Shown: positions 51,374 through 64,000 of the stretch, in pieces
How positions within the stretch are numbered: the stretch's first letter is position 1
Layout: each line of letters begins with the position of its first letter
NCBI GenBank assembly: GCA_012295275.1
Contig: CM022677.1
Location: 17,732,001 to 17,796,000 of the forward strand
Direction: 5' to 3'
Origin: Chrysomallon squamiferum
Lineage: Eukaryota; Animalia; Mollusca
DNA: 64,000 bases
The notes under the pieces: generated by a model
What the model was told of the DNA's origin: nothing
Databases searched by the model: none
The model's input: the letters and a program-made list of their open reading frames with translations, nothing else
Made by a program: the position numbers and the translations under genes

Positions 51374-53247
51374 ATAAATAAATAACAACAATAATAATAA
51401 TACATGATGAAAATAAATAAATAAATATTAACAACTGCAGCAAATTATACAGCAACCACTACTACTACTACTACAACTACTACTACTACAACTACTACTA
51501 CTACTACTACTACTAATAATAATAATAATAAATAATAATAATAATAAATATAAATAATAATAACAATAATAATAATAATAAATAATAATAATAAATAATA
51601 ATCATAACAATAATTAATGAATAATAATAATAAATAATTAATAATAACAATAATAATAACAATAACAATAATAATAATCATAATAATCATAACAATAATA
51701 ATCATAATCATAATCATAAATAAATAAATAAGTAATCGACAAACACTTACGTCACCGTGTTTTCCAGAGAAAAGGGCGCCGACGTCAGAAACGATGCCGT
51801 TGATGAGGGGGCCTACGGCAGCACCAATGACTGGTGACAACAGCAGCGACAGCTGGCTGTAAGCCAGGCCGAACATCATCAGAAAGGCAACCAGAGCAAC
51901 TGAAAAACAATAATCGCTAACTACTACTACCACAACAACAACAATAACAACAACAACAACAACAGCAACAATAATAACAACAATGGCAATAGTAATGAGA
52001 ACAGTAATATTAAAAGTAATAATAACAACAATAATAAAAAATATTTAAACAACATCTACAACGACGATAGTAATAATAATAATAATAAGTAGAAGTCAAT
52101 GTAGAAGAAGAAGAAGAAGAAAAGAGAGAAAAGTAAATAAGGACAGAGATACTGAATAGGAATTGCATACACACATACATACATACATACATATACACAC
52201 ACATCCATACATACATACATACACAGATACATACATACATACATACATACATACATACACACATACATACATCGCTATCTACCTACCTACCTACTGCACA
52301 CATACACGCACACATACACACGCACATATACATCTTAAATACATTTGTGTTTCTGGCTGCTCTTGTGTGTCTGTCTGTGCGTGTGTCTGTGTTTTTGCCT
52401 CGAACTAGTGGCCTAAGAACTTTCAATGACAGTTTTATTTACACTATGTACCAATCTTTCCTAATAATCAATAGTAACAGTAACGTAACAGTCTATATTA
52501 AAGCATGGAAGTGATGTTATTGCTTCATCTGTGACGTCAATTAGTAAAATATTTTAGAAAATAAATAAATAAAAATTAAACAAAAAATATATTTTATATA
52601 GACAGCAGTTTTGTCTGTAATATCTGATTTTTCATTATTATCTATGAATATAACATTACTAAGGGGTTTTTTGGAGTTCTTTTTTTTGTTTTTGATTTTA
52701 CGAACTGACGTCACCGATATTAATAAAATGGCTGCCTTAATGTATTTCCTTGACTCGTTGTACTATCGCCTTCCCTCATTATTATCAAAGGTGATATTAA
52801 AAAAAAAAAAAAAATGTATCTTAAGAAACATAGTCACAGTCATAATTGTCCATCCTCCATTTTGTTAAGCATGTCACGTGTTCATACTTTTACATGAATA
52901 TATGCTAATGAGCCCAAGAGCTTAAAACTGATAAAACAATAGCAATAGCAATAATCACAGAGCAATGAAAATTCCAGTCTCCATGCATTAACTCCAGTTT
53001 GTATTTACTGGAATACTTTATTATTAGAAAAGTTTACTAGCCACCTTTAATCAAACTTTCAATTTGAACTGCATTATCGCAATAACTTAAAATAATATAA
53101 TAATAATAATAACAACAACAATAATAATAATAATAATAAAATAAGAAGAACAGGTAGAATAAAAAGAAGAAGAACAACAACAACACCCGCAACAACTACT
53201 ACAACAACAACAATAACCTAACAGAAAAACTACTCACAAATCTTCAT
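49855..53247 (-). CDS. Secreted six-cysteine protein A, ALF-like, about 129 aa. Exons 53247-53238, 51899-51751, 51013-50929, 50000-49855
   Basis: Spliced product: MKIFALVAFLMMFGLAYS-QLSLLLSPVIGAAVGPLINGIVSDVGALFSGKHGDITIPKTTIKLHYEIHKCSLHIGKRAFISGIERCKATVCEHAISKTCQSCTKHHQADALKCAMNAEVTHLQALAKGK. GC-rich exon islands, strong splice sites, TATA box upstream and AATAAA at about 49838-49843. Confidence 0.88.
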
Positions 53248-53298
53248 GATGATACTAGTATTGTGACACCACCAATAGTTGACACGGGGTTACGTCCC

Positions 53299-53306
53299 TT
53301 TATATA
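53299..53306 (-). promoter_or_regulatory. TATA box (TATATAAA) of secreted protein A
   Basis: About 50 nt upstream of the ATG at 53247 on the minus strand. Confidence 0.6.
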
Positions 53307-53562
53307 TGGCATTCTTATCTCGGACAATCCCTGCCTATCCTTTTGAGAACCTCTGCAAGTGTTAATGTCACGCAGAGGTGCAGATAATACTGTCCGTATT
53401 TGATATACGCGATAAAACCTTTTAAATTCACCTTGAGCAGTGGTGGGTTTTTTTTTTTTATTCAGCAGAAGCACAAATGGGAAGAAGTGGAATTTCAAGG
53501 ATCCAGGGAGGAAATTTGGAGACACAAACACATACACTGATATAGAACTATAAACATCAAAA

Positions 53563-53617
<55 letters not shown>

Positions 53618-53829
53618 CTAAAAAACTAAAAAATATAAGGAAAGAAAGAAAAAAGATGGATGAAAGGAAGGATGGATGAATAAACGAACGTCTAAAATAT
53701 ATAAACGATGAAATCAAGTGGTACAGACGGACTGATGTACTCTGAAGGACAAACCGACAGACAGACATGACAGAAAATCAGATAAAACAACAGACTGGTA
53801 GATAGGTACATACAGATATAGATATATAT

Positions 53830-53928
<99 letters not shown>

Positions 53929-54600
53929 AAAAGGCGAGAAAATAGGTATGTAGACAAATCAACTGACTGATAATGTTCAGTGACTAACATACTAACGGTA
54001 AACAAAGTAAAATAAGTAATTAATTTGTAAATTGCGCAATGAAATATTTTAGTGGAATAGTTCACAGCTGACGGTTTCGTTACAAAAATCAGGTAAAATA
54101 AATGTAACAGGTCATTCGTGCAACTAGATGCATTTGCGAGATCGTAAACAGTTTCTTGTTGTTTCATTTCTTTTATGTCTTCGTAATTCTGCAACAGAAC
54201 TTTTCAAGCTTTCGCGTAATGTTAAGAGATAAATAAAACAAAAATGCATATAACCGAAAACAAGAAGAACTGTATTTACTTATAGCTTCGGGCAAAGGTT
54301 TTGTTTTGTTGTTGTTGTTTTTTTAATCTTTTGTTGTTGTTTTTTTCATTTTTTCTTTCATTTTTTTTTCTTAAAAAAAACAACAACAACAAAAAACCAG
54401 CAACAAAAAAACAATGAAAGAAAAAGAAAATTAAAACAACACGAAAAAAGAAATGATAAGAAACATATATCTGTTTATTAAACGACTGAGAACGTTGCAG
54501 ATGGTATCAAAAATCAAATATAGAAGAAAACAATTATTTTTATGGTGTATTGTAAAATTAAGTTTAAAATTGTTACTATAACAACAGATACTACTACTAT

Positions 54601-54636
<36 letters not shown>

Positions 54637-55126
54637 AGCTATTATACAACTACCATTACAGTTGTATGTAGCACTAGTTGTTGCTGTAATAGTATATGTG
54701 TTATGTTGCTGTAGTAATTGTTGTTTTGTTGTTTCGTGATAGTAGTAGTTGCTGTTGTTATTGTTGTTGTTGTTGTTGTTGTTGTGATAGTAGTAGCTGT
54801 TGTTGTTGCTGTTGTTTTGTTTGTATTTTTTCTATTGTTTTGTTGTTGTTGTTGTTTTTGTTTGTTGTTGGTGTTGTTTTTGTTTTTGTTTGTTGTTGTT
54901 GGTATTATCGCATTTATAGTTTTATATTTAAACAAGAAAAAGAAAAAAAAAAAATTAAGTACAAACTTCGTAACCTAATGTAGAGGTATGCCGTTCGTTT
55001 TTCCAGAGTGATGCTTTCTTTCTGATGGGAGGAATTTACTAAAGCGAAATATATCCGCTTACACGTTCCGGATTTTAGAAGTTGTTTACAAAATTGCCTC
55101 GTGCAGTGTTTGAACAAAATTCAGAT

Positions 55127-56275
55127 ATGGGTTTGTTTCGTTTAATGAGCAACAGGAAGAAAACAGTATGTTTTTTGTGTATTTTAAGTAAATAACCTTT
55201 TATAATTTTAATAAACTAAGTAATTATTCCAGATGTACTTTGTTGATAAATTAATATATTGTACGATAGTTATTTCGATCGACAACGTGGTTTTTCTTCT
55301 GTGTTTGCATTTCCGTAAATTTCTAAGGAGCACAGATAACTATTAATTAATCTGTCAAACCAAATTAAAGATATTAGTTTACGTTTGACTTTTTAATATA
55401 TTTTTTTAAATCGTTGTTAGATAAATAATTGTTAATTATTAAATATAAACCTAACTTGTTGAACGTTTTTACTACAGTAATAATGAATTTCTGAAACCAT
55501 ATATGATATAACTTAAAAGTTCCTCTTTACGTATTTTTAGATCAAACGTAATTACATATATCTTAAAATCAGTAATTTAATTTTCTTTGCCATTTTCATG
55601 ATTTTTGTTATCTTCAGTGCCAGTTTGTTAAATCTTGAGCTTCTGTCTTATTTATTTGTTTTATTTTTCTACCTGTCTATTTTAGTATAAGTATGTATTT
55701 CTCTATTTATTCTGAAATGTTTACCTGCTGTAAGTTTAAATCTGTAGCTTGAATATACATGATAAAAGTAATATATCATTAAATAACAAAATTTCCATTC
55801 TACACAGTGTTTATGATTAGTTCATCAAATGCTGTTTTGTCCATTTTTCTGTTCATGGGGGTGTAATTATAATAATATTTCTGCCTGCTATAATTATGAT
55901 AAAGTCATCAGTACGATATACAGGCAGCATCATTTGACCTTCTTTATTATATCAGTATTAAGATTATAACTTTATAAAATTGATGACTAATATTAATTAA
56001 GATATAATTACAATAATATTTAATATTATTTATTTATTATTAAATTAGTAGTAGTAGTAGTATAGGGAACTAGTATTACTATTAGTAGAAGTGGTACTGA
56101 TACTACTGCACTTTATTGTTTTACTAGATATGCTAGTAGTAATAGCCATGACAGTTATTATCATCATTATTATTGCTGTTTACACATATGTCTGTAATAT
56201 TATTTTAGTTGCTATCAAGAGATATTGACTTTTGCTTATGTCTGTCTGTCTGTCCTATCTTTTGGTCTAATTTTT

Positions 56276-56306
<31 letters not shown>

Positions 56307-58349
56307 CATTATATGCCTATGAGTTATTCAGTAAATCTCCATCTTTCCATTTATTATTGTCATTATTATTTATCATTATTACTGTTGTTGTTGTTATTAC
56401 TATTTTAAATTGTATTATTATTATTATGGGAAAAAGAAAGCTAAGAAATATAAACACCACACAATTAGCTGTTGTTATTTTTATTATTAATGTTGTCATT
56501 TATTCTTATTTATTATTGTTGTTGCTGTTATTATTATTATTATTACAGAATAAAGAAGCTCAGAAATATAAACAGGATTATCTGTTGTTTTTATTATTAA
56601 TATTGTCATTTACTTTTATTTATTATTGTTTCTGTTATTATTATCATTATTACCAAAAAAGGAAGCTAAGAAATCTAAACATCACAGAATTAGCTTCTTT
56701 TTTCTTTTTTTTAATTATTGTTGTCATTATTCTTCTTATTTATTTATTTATTATTATTGTTGTTGTTGTTATTATTACAGAATAAAGAAGCTAAGAAGTA
56801 CAAACACCACAGAATCAAAAAAGCTGAAATAAAAAAGCGAAAAGGAACAAAAGTGATCGAACTTGAACACATGGAACTGCTCAGCAAGGAGCAACTGAAG
56901 AATAAAACGTGAGAACAGATCTGCATAACATTAACATAAATTTGCATATTTAATAAACGTGGTGTAAATTTTAAAATAACGTCACATGATACAGTGGGTC
57001 ATTGACGTGCACTGATTCGACTTTACGGCAGAAACTCCGTGAATCATTTTAAAAATAAAGATTTTGACTCGAAGCTGAGTAGTGTAAATTTATACATCAT
57101 GGGTGAACTTGTGTGTTAGCAGAAGACAATGTTGTTACGTGGCGTTTGTCAGAGAGAGGCAGTGTTGCTTGGATACCGCATGTTTTATTTATATCCACTT
57201 TTGTGACTTTTTTAACCCTTCAGTATGGCTCTGTTTTGTTTTTACATGGATTAGTTCTATTTCTAGATATATATGTCTGACTTTAGGGTGTTTTAGGTTA
57301 TGTAAGTGACTTAGAATATGGTAATTCTGATTTGTATCAAAAAAATTGCCATATGTCTGTCTGTATGGACAAATCTCTAATGGACATTAATCTCAAGGAT
57401 CCTATGTATATAAATGAATTTGAATACTTAATAGTATGACATACAGTTTAGTTTAAATAACTTTGTGATGCTTTAATAAAATTTTGACATTTAAGAAATT
57501 TTACACCTTCTTTAAATGTATTTAAATAATATTTATAAATTTTCAGGATAATTGCATTGTCTTTATTAAATTTATTTACGGTTCAGAATATATTTGTAAT
57601 AATATTTAAATACACGTGCCAAACATTTAAATTAATTTTCATAATATTCAAATAAAAAAAACAGCCATGTTTTAATGTTTAGTGAATTTTATAACAGAAT
57701 CTAGTGTATAACTATTTGTTAAATACTCAAAAAGAAACATTATTTTATTTTTCAATGTTTTTATTATTATTATTATTATTATTATTTATTACCTGATGAT
57801 ATTATTTTATTTAGTTTATATTTTTATTTTATTTTTTAAGTTTAATAAAAAAATGTTCTTTTAACAGTAAAAATGTACATAGTAATATCACAGTGTCTGG
57901 TAAAAGGAGGAGAAAAATGCTCAAAAGACTGAGGCACCAGGAAAGAACAAGAGTATCGGATGCAATGGAAGGTATTTATTTTTTTTTTTTTTTTTTTTTT
58001 CCCCAGTTTAGAAACAAAAATCAGCCCTTTTATTATTTATTTTTTTTAGTTGAACTTTTTACTGAAGTAGAAAATACTATTATTATTATTATTTTAATCT
58101 ATATGTAATGAGTAAGACCTTTTTCTTTTTATATTATTTATTTGTTACTTTTGTCAAACCATGTTATATAAGTATGATGCAAATGTAAATATATATTTAT
58201 TTCTATTTCTATATAAATATATATATTTTTATTTTTTTTATTATTTTTTTGCAGTTGAAGCTAGTAAAACAAATAAATCTAAGAAAAAGGGAGATAAATC
58301 TGTACCAGCGGAAGACATTGAAATGTCTGAAGACAAAGAAACATCTTGA
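55127..58349 (+). CDS. C11orf98: C11orf98-like small basic protein. Exons 55127-55165, 56781-56908, 57868-57971, 58255-58349
   Basis: Spliced product: MGLFRLMSNRKKT|NKEAKKYKHHRIKKAEIKKRKGTKVIELEHMELLSKEQLKNKT|KNVHSNITVSGKRRRKMLKRLRHQERTRVSDAMEV|EASKTNKSKKKGDKSVPAEDIEMSEDKETS. It matches recalled human C11orf98 motifs (NRPRT, ANITLSGKKRRKLL, AMEVEA, QDVEM) and length. Intron phases are consistent. Confidence 0.85.
56415..56815 (+). repeat. About 105-130-bp tandem repeat whose last unit is the real acceptor plus exon 2 start of the C11orf98-like gene
   Basis: TTACAG|AATAAAGAAGCTAAGAAGTACAAACACCACAGAAT has decayed copies at about 56425, 56543 and 56650. Confidence 0.8.
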
Positions 58350-58564
58350 AAAAAAATAAAAACAAACTCATTAAAAACATAACACAAGATAGAATGAAAC
58401 AAGAGTTCTTTATTAAAAACCTAGAGAAAAAGTAAATAAAGTAACCAAGTAAATATATGTTAGATCTGGGGGAAATTTTGCAAATGGAGTAAACATCCAA
58501 AGAAGACATTTTACTGAAATTAGATACTGCTCTGTTTCTGTATGTATGAAAGAACGTGTGTGTG

Positions 58565-58599
<35 letters not shown>

Positions 58600-60484
58600 A
58601 TGTACTATACCATAAAAATATTGGGATTTTTATTCCATTTTATGTTCATTATTACTCAAAAGCCTGCAACTGCATAATTATGTAATATGTCATCTAATAA
58701 AGTTAATAATAATAAATTCTTTGAATTATTTAATTATCACCAGTAATGTCTTGCTTCATGGAAACAACAAAAGTTTTGGACATGCAAATGGTTACCTTTT
58801 TAATTTGACTGTTACATTTTTGGAAGTGGTAAATAAATTTGTTTAAATATATGTTACTTTGTTTACTTATATTTTATTATTATTTGCAAAAACATGCCTA
58901 ATTTGTATTACCCTTGTTAAAAAAGAAACGGAAAAAAAATAATAATAATGTTAAAGGTAGATAATTCTTGGCAGGAATCTGCTTTAATTCTGGAGTTACC
59001 TACCTTTAATGGGTTTGGTTTCGTAGCCGCAATTCATAATTTTAATTCTTTGTCCACATGCAGCCTTTTAGGAATATCATGTAGGATTTATCACAAACGT
59101 AGTGTATAAATAGATAGATAGATGACAGACAGACAGACAGAAATAGAGATGGATAGACAATCACCCAGATAGGAAGTGATAACAGCATAGATTTTTTATA
59201 TTCATACAAGATGTATATATATATATATATGTGGGTTCTTTCTTACCAATTAGCTGCAAGTGATCCTTTACACATACCTTCTCATAAACAGCGCAAACAG
59301 TACCACAGCTTTAAGTAGCTGGACAGTAAACAGAACTAGTTGGAACGTGAAATTAAAAAAAAAAAATGGACGTACCGAGAGTGAATCATTATTAAAGATT
59401 AATCATACGACAAGAGGTCTAACCGCGGAAGCGTTAATCAATTCCTGAGAGTACATCTTTTATTTCTTATTATACCAACAGACAGTCGAGAACGATTCAT
59501 AACACGAAAGTTTGGACACGTCCGAATTACGAGTCACGCCTAGAAACCGTCTGGATGGAACTCGAGAAGTCCGCTTTCCATATTTAGCCGCGGTTTCGTA
59601 AACACTCCGTTTTTTAACCAAGTCTGCGACCGACCGGTTTAAAGAAAGATGTCACAGATCCTCGAAAATTTCAAAGCCTTCCAGACAGATGATATCGTCT
59701 ACAGGTCACGTGACTTGTCGTTTGACTTGTGAAGGGTTAATTGATTGGTCGATGAAACTGAAAAAAAAAAAAAAAATAAAGAAGGAAAATCCTCTTGAAT
59801 TTGATAAAAAAAAAAAAAAAAAAAAAAAATAAAATAAATAAAATTAAGGAACAGGTAGATTTATAATATATAGTAATAATAATAATAATTACAATAAAGA
59901 ATTGAATAAATAAATTTGTATAGCACTATCACTATAAAAATAAATAAACGAAATTATAAATGCAACAACACCTACACAGTCACATCCTTGATTTTAAATT
60001 TAGCTATCTGTTTACTTGCGATAAGAAAGGTTAAAGGTTATTGCATTATGACGTCATAAACGTCGTGACGTTTTCGTAGAGACATTGTTACTGGAAAGTC
60101 GGTTTTATGGTTTTTATCGTATTTAATGGAATTTATATAAATTGTGAAATATATATTGGTCTGCCAATAAGGTAAGAATTTTAATTTTTATATTTATAAA
60201 ACTATCGCCTATAACGCAGTATAATTATATTGTGTTTTGCGGATAACTGTTTTGTTTGTTTAATATCGATTTATATTTTGCTACTAATAAAATAACCATT
60301 TTATTTGTTGTGTATGTGATTATGTTTAAGATCATACGTGTACATGTTAGTATACATGCGTATGCATTTAAATGTGTGTTCTTTCTAAAAGTATATTACA
60401 TATTTCCGTATGTATATATGTACAAATACAGATGTGCATATATATGTGTGTGTGTGTAGGTATGTTTGTTTATTGCCGTGTTCC

Positions 60485-60545
<61 letters not shown>

Positions 60546-61025
60546 TTCTTTTATTTAGTCACTAATTTAATTTTTTTATTTTAAATCTTAATATTTATTT
60601 TAATTTTCAAATACGAGAATCTGTTATTCACTTACTTGATGTGTTTTTAGACAAGTGTGTAACTATTTCTTTGATGTCCAGACACCCGTACGTCTCTATC
60701 GTCCATCATTACTACTATCTGTCTATCAATCATTCCTCCGTTTATCTGTCCTCACTTTTATGGCGACGTCGTAAACTATCTAATTTGTAAATCAAAACGA
60801 TTTGAATGGTATTGTTTAAAAATATATATATCATTATCTATAACTATGATTTTTCTCTTTTTCTTTCTTTCTTTCTTTCTGTCTCTGTCTCTCGGTCGCT
60901 CTTTCTATCTCTAGCTTATCTCTCTCTCTCTGTCGCTTTCAGGTTCTGTCAATCGGTCTCCTACAAATAGAGTTATTCTGTTCTTCCTTCTTTCTGTCTC
61001 ATACACATGTCTACACGCACACACA

Positions 61026-61105
<80 letters not shown>

Positions 61106-61556
61106 AAATTCAAAATATCTGTTAAATCTCCGCACATTTTTGTCATCACTGGTCCCTAATCCTCGTTTTCATCACAAACATTTTCCCCGAGCAGACACTC
61201 GCCTCTCCATCTATAGACAAACACAACAGACAACGAAACAAAAAACAAAAAAAACTACAAAAAAACCCACCTAATCTCGTTAAGGCAGCAAAAAATCGTG
61301 TTATTCACATCACTGTTAATATAACCTTTTGTTTGTCTCCCGTTACTAATGTCAGTATTTTTCTCCGCATAAACTGACTCATTATCTTCTCAGCCATTTT
61401 CGCCAAGTCCGTTAAAACTGGCCAATCGCAATTATTTATTTGATAAATCGCGGTCTTAGACTTCTCTTTGTGTTTGTCAGTTCCGCGTGCATTCGGAAAA
61501 TGCGAAGTTAATTTTTGTTTTTCACGTTGAGGATTTTGTAAACCGAAAGCGGAATA

Positions 61557-61587
<31 letters not shown>

Positions 61588-61873
61588 TATTTTCAAATTC
61601 ATTTATGGTAATTTTTGGGTCTGTTACATTCAGAGTAGCAGCCTTTACATTTTGTTTTCTATATTCTGAAAATCTCTCCGACTTTGTGTATCTTTCTGTT
61701 TCTCTAATTTGTCTCTCATTTATAACTTCTTTTTCTCTTTTCTTCTTTTTGTTTATCTTTCTGTTTCTCTAATTTGTCTCTCATTTATAACTTCTTTTCT
61801 CTTTCTTTATCCTTTTGACATAGACACAACCATCCAAACATAAAAACAACCACACAAACCAAAAAACAACCAC

Positions 61874-61919
<46 letters not shown>

Positions 61920-61939
61920 CGCCTAACAACACATCTCCA

Positions 61940-62300
61940 AAAAACACGCGCTTAAACAAACATGTTGACAAGGCGGCCATCTTGGTTTCATTAATCCTGC
62001 ATTTATACATAATTTAACTTAATCAAGGGAGAAAGAGACAATCGAGTCTCGCGTGCTGGTCCGTACTTCTCTCGACTGCAATTATCAAACGCAAAAATCA
62101 GCGCATTTTTTATTTATAGGCCCTATTCGCTGGCGAAGACGTACGGAAATTAATTATTCACGAAACTCGCCCGGCTCGGCAGTTATCGGCTAATCATGCA
62201 AGAAAAGGAATACGAATTAATTACGTTCCGGTCGCGTTCGTTCGTCTTGAGGGAAAATTTGAACAGCGACTGTAAAGACTAAACTGACATTGGTGAAATA
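61940..62300. promoter_or_regulatory. CpG-rich non-coding island with a YY1-type motif and many TAAT cores; candidate enhancer or promoter
   Basis: GGCGGCCATCTTG (reverse complement CAAGATGGCCGCC) at about 61972-61984. Unique, complex sequence among microsatellites, with no ORF. Confidence 0.35.
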
Positions 62301-62350
62301 ATCCACCTTCGTTTGTGTAATATAATCGATTTGCTTTAACATACAAAAGT

Positions 62351-62447
<97 letters not shown>

Positions 62448-62739
62448 GTATATTATATATTAGGCTGTTCTAGTCTAGTCTATCCTATATTAATCTGGTA
62501 TATTATATATTAGTCTAGAGTATTCTATACTAATCTGGTATATTATATATTTGGCTAATCTATTGTAGTGTATTCTGTAGTAGTCTGGTAATATCATATT
62601 CTTGTTAAGTCTAGTAAATTCTAGCTTACTTTGATATAATCTGTTCTATTCTAGTCTAGTGTATTCCGTTATAATATATTCTGGTCCTGTCTTGTTTATA
62701 CTAGTTTAGTAAATTCATCCAGGATATATATATATATAT

Positions 62740-63280
62740 GATATAATTCAGTATTCTATTCTAGTCTAGTGTTTCCGTTATAATGATCCATTTAAAAATG
62801 TCCGTTTTAGTCTAACGTTTAAAGTAACGTATTTCGCGGAACGGATTCCTTCAGTAATATACGGTTAAATAACTCATTCAGGATATATATCCAGTATTAA
62901 AAATATGATTTCAAAAACGTAAAATAACATTTTAAATACGCTACGGATTCCGAAATGTTTCAGTAATAAATTATCTAATAACGTAAACTTAAACTTCGTG
63001 TTTCTGTGATGAATGATCCAGTAGGTTAAAAACGTACGTTTTAGAAACGTAAAGTAACGTACAAAGTAACGTATCATGCGGAACGGATTCCGAAATACAT
63101 TCAGTAATATACGGTTAAATAACGTAAACTTCGTGTTTCTGTGATGAATGATCCAGTAGGTTAAAAACGTACGTTTTAGAAACGTAAAGTAACGTACAAA
63201 GTAACGTACAGAGTACCGTGCGGAACGGATGCGGAAAAAATACGGTATACGGAATGATACTGTAATATATGGTTAAATAA
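62740..63280. repeat. About 135-bp tandem repeat rich in AACGT/GTAACGT motifs, preceded by a TCTAG-rich degenerate array (62460-62780)
   Basis: AAACTTCGTGTTTCTGTGATGAATGATCCAGTAGGTTAAAAACGTACGTTTTAGAAACGTAAAGTAACGTAC is duplicated at about 62991 and 63126. GCGGAACGGAT occurs three times. Confidence 0.8.
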
Positions 63281-64000
63281 GATAAAAAAATAATAATAAT
63301 AATAATAATAATAATCAGACAGTGACAACTGTAACATAATAATTATGCTTTAGAAGTAATATCTTTCTCGTAATGTATCTTTCAATAACCTAATCATTAT
63401 TTTGTTCACAATATTAATGCTACGTTGACGCATGTGTTGAATACACAATAACTTTCTATTAGGCATAATAATGGCTGTATTATGGGTCTCTGGGCTCAAT
63501 TCTGAATAGCTGTGTGCTTGTATGTACTTCGTGAGGTTTTATTTAGACGTATGTCGGGTTGTTACAGATGTAATACAAATGGCAGAAAAGATTTAAAAAA
63601 AAAAAAAAAAAATGGGTGTGGAGTTTACTGTCTTTTTGTATTAGGGGATAGCTGTTTAACTATAAAATGTGAGATTGTGTGTGAGAGTGTATGTGTCCAT
63701 AAATGTATGAATGATGTGCATGGGTATATGTGCGCGTGTGTTTAAGTGTTTATATTGTGTGTGTGTATATATATATGAGGGGGTATGAATGGTGTGTGTG
63801 TGTTTCTATATGTGCGTACATGTATGTGATAGATATACAGATATGTCATGGATGCATGAATTAAACCGAACGACAAATAAATAAAAAAACTTAGATTTGG
63901 CAGCGATCAACGAATGAACGGAAAGACGGACTGAAAACAGTTATGACGAGAATGAACGAATTAAACCTAAAGATGGACAAGGAAAATAGATATGGCGGTT

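Noticed and set aside
49855-53247. Calling protein A a big defensin
   Set aside because: Only the hydrophobic N-terminus is reminiscent. The cysteine spacing lacks the beta-defensin pattern with terminal CC.
55127-58349. LLPH/LAPS18 identity for the small basic protein
   Set aside because: It lacks MAKSLRSK and GQYPxWM. The motifs fit C11orf98 instead.
62990-63210. TGATGA motif as a box C/D snoRNA pair
   Set aside because: It is part of a larger tandem repeat, and no matching terminal CTGA box D with a closing stem was seen.

Overview
AT-rich, microsatellite-dense animal genomic DNA, probably lophotrochozoan/molluscan (inferred from the TNF stalk motif). All gene models were built by hand from GT-AG boundaries and frame continuity; family calls come from recalled reference sequences, not a database search. 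Left: the 3' twelve exons of a clear MCC (colorectal mutant cancer) orthologue on + (2610-13858, ending in NETSL). Right: a four-exon C11orf98-like gene on + (55127-58349). Between them (about 19-53 kb) is an unstable mosaic of local duplications. It holds two tandem type II TNF-superfamily ligand genes (+) and two four-exon genes (-) for about 126-129-aa secreted six-cysteine proteins that resemble anti-lipopolysaccharide factors and are largely invisible in the ORF track. It also holds a third 'hollow' copy of that family, a C1GALT1 pseudogene split by a Tigger/pogo element, and another decayed coding relic. Two observations stand out. (1) The ALF-like secreted family sits next to the TNF genes and shows birth-and-death evolution. 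(2) Many introns, in unrelated genes, contain tandem copies of their own exon-intron junction, including a 13 x 50-bp array in which every unit reads as a complete GT...AG mini-intron. Most long ORFs in the supplied track are microsatellite artefacts.
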